A stretch of 64,000 nt of DNA from assembly GCA_965238055.1 (NCBI GenBank), contig OZ250178.1, positions 2,841,184 through 2,905,183 of the forward strand. The letters are read 5' to 3'. A program made the translations under genes and the position numbers. Each line of letters begins with the position of its first letter. Within the stretch, counting starts at the first letter, position 1. The notes below the pieces were generated by a model. The model had not been told where the DNA came from. It worked only from the letters and a program-made list of their open reading frames with translations, and made no database searches. Origin of the DNA: Candidatus Foliamicus sp. GTDB lineage: Bacteria; Pseudomonadota; Gammaproteobacteria; Steroidobacterales; Foliamicaceae. Positions 63,581 to 64,000 of this stretch are shown piece after piece.

Positions 63581-63832
63581 TCATCCGAAAAGCGTTTCAC
63601 GGACCTCGCTCTTTGGCCGATCCAGGAAATCCGCGACGTCGGACACGATTCCATCCGGGGTATCAATGTGCAAATCCCGGTGCCTTGGCACTGTCACGCT
63701 GTGCCGCTTCGCGTCCGCGTTCGTGCGCGTGACAGGCATGTGACTTCCCTTCGTTCGGGTCACACGATACCCGTAGTGCCGAGCGAGCAGCCTTGCGACC
63801 TTCTCACCGGAGAGGTCGCGCGGAACCTTCAT
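63581..63832 (-). CDS. hicA: HicA-family mRNA interferase toxin
   Basis: 83 aa. ...LSGEKVARLLARHYGYRVTRTKGSHM... is the HicA dsRBD-like signature. ATGA overlap with the upstream HicB-like ORF. Confidence 0.85.
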   Translation of the reverse strand: MKVPRDLSGEKVARLLARHYGYRVTRTKGSHMPVTRTNADAKRHSVTVPRHRDLHIDTPDGIVSDVADFLDRPKSEVRETLFG

Positions 63833-64000
63833 ACGGCGATGGCGTCCTCTCTTACCAGGTGCAATCGGATGACTCTCGGCACCTCCGTTTCATCGAAGTG
63901 ACAGAGGACGGCATCCCGCGCCATTACCTTCAACTCGGGCCAGTCCTCGCCCTGGGTGAAGATGCTATGCCCCAGGGCACGCGCTTCGTATCCGCCTTCC
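63829..64000 (-). CDS. hicB: HicB-like antitoxin, C-terminal part only (5' end beyond window)
   Basis: The minus-strand frame is open to the window edge: ...EGGYEARALGHSIFTQGEDWPELKVMARDAVLCHFDETEVPRVIRLHLVREDAIAV*. Its stop overlaps the hicA ATG. Confidence 0.7.
   Translation of the reverse strand, partial: EGGYEARALGHSIFTQGEDWPELKVMARDAVLCHFDETEVPRVIRLHLVREDAIAV

Overview
GC-rich, gammaproteobacterial-type chromosome segment, judged from ruvCAB-tolQRAB-pal-cpoB-tRNA-Lys and uvrC-pgsA-tRNA-Gly-tRNA-Cys synteny. All calls come from manual reading of the ORF translations and the DNA; no searches were run.

Layout:
- 1-14.9 kb, conserved core: sucA (3' part)-sucB-lpdA, an inserted secreted HExxH metalloprotease with an orphan duplicated fragment upstream, yebC-ruvCAB, tolQRAB-pal-cpoB, an SDR-like gene and tRNA-Lys(UUU).
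- 14.9-18.3 kb: small accessory islet with a HigBA-like TA pair, a decayed hydrolase and a double TonB_C protein.
- 18.3-27.3 kb: co-directional metal-efflux cluster (His/Cys-rich periplasmic protein, czcCBA). It is bracketed by two inverted paralogous two-gene cassettes (small protein + class I SAM-methyltransferase-fold protein), one of which carries a Tat signal.
- 27.4-40.8 kb: S41 peptidase, FAD oxidoreductase, SPFH-NfeD, MBL hydrolase, class II DAHP synthase, uvrC-pgsA, an amidohydrolase, tRNA-Gly and tRNA-Cys.
- 40.8-53.4 kb: accessory uptake/catabolic block (CDGSH-bicupin, sulfatase, aminotransferase, ChuX-like protein, two amidohydrolases, TonB-dependent receptor, NSS transporter).
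- 53434-53746: tRNA-Leu(UAA) gene interrupted by a ~225-nt group I intron.
- 53.75 kb to the window end: an island with two decayed integrases, VapBC, HicAB and an MmeI-type IIL R-M enzyme. It also holds the most interesting part: a co-directional TIR-like / SIR2-like / ~910-aa unknown-protein cluster that I cannot fit by eye to the canonical SIR2 or TIR defence architectures I know (Thoeris, DSR1/2, SIR2-HerA, SIR2-pAgo).

A REP-like palindromic repeat family (unit about CTGGGAACGAGGGCGTCCCGCCCTCGAC) occurs at 7 loci. A MITE-like element with 15-bp terminal inverted repeats fills the aroH-like/uvrC spacer.
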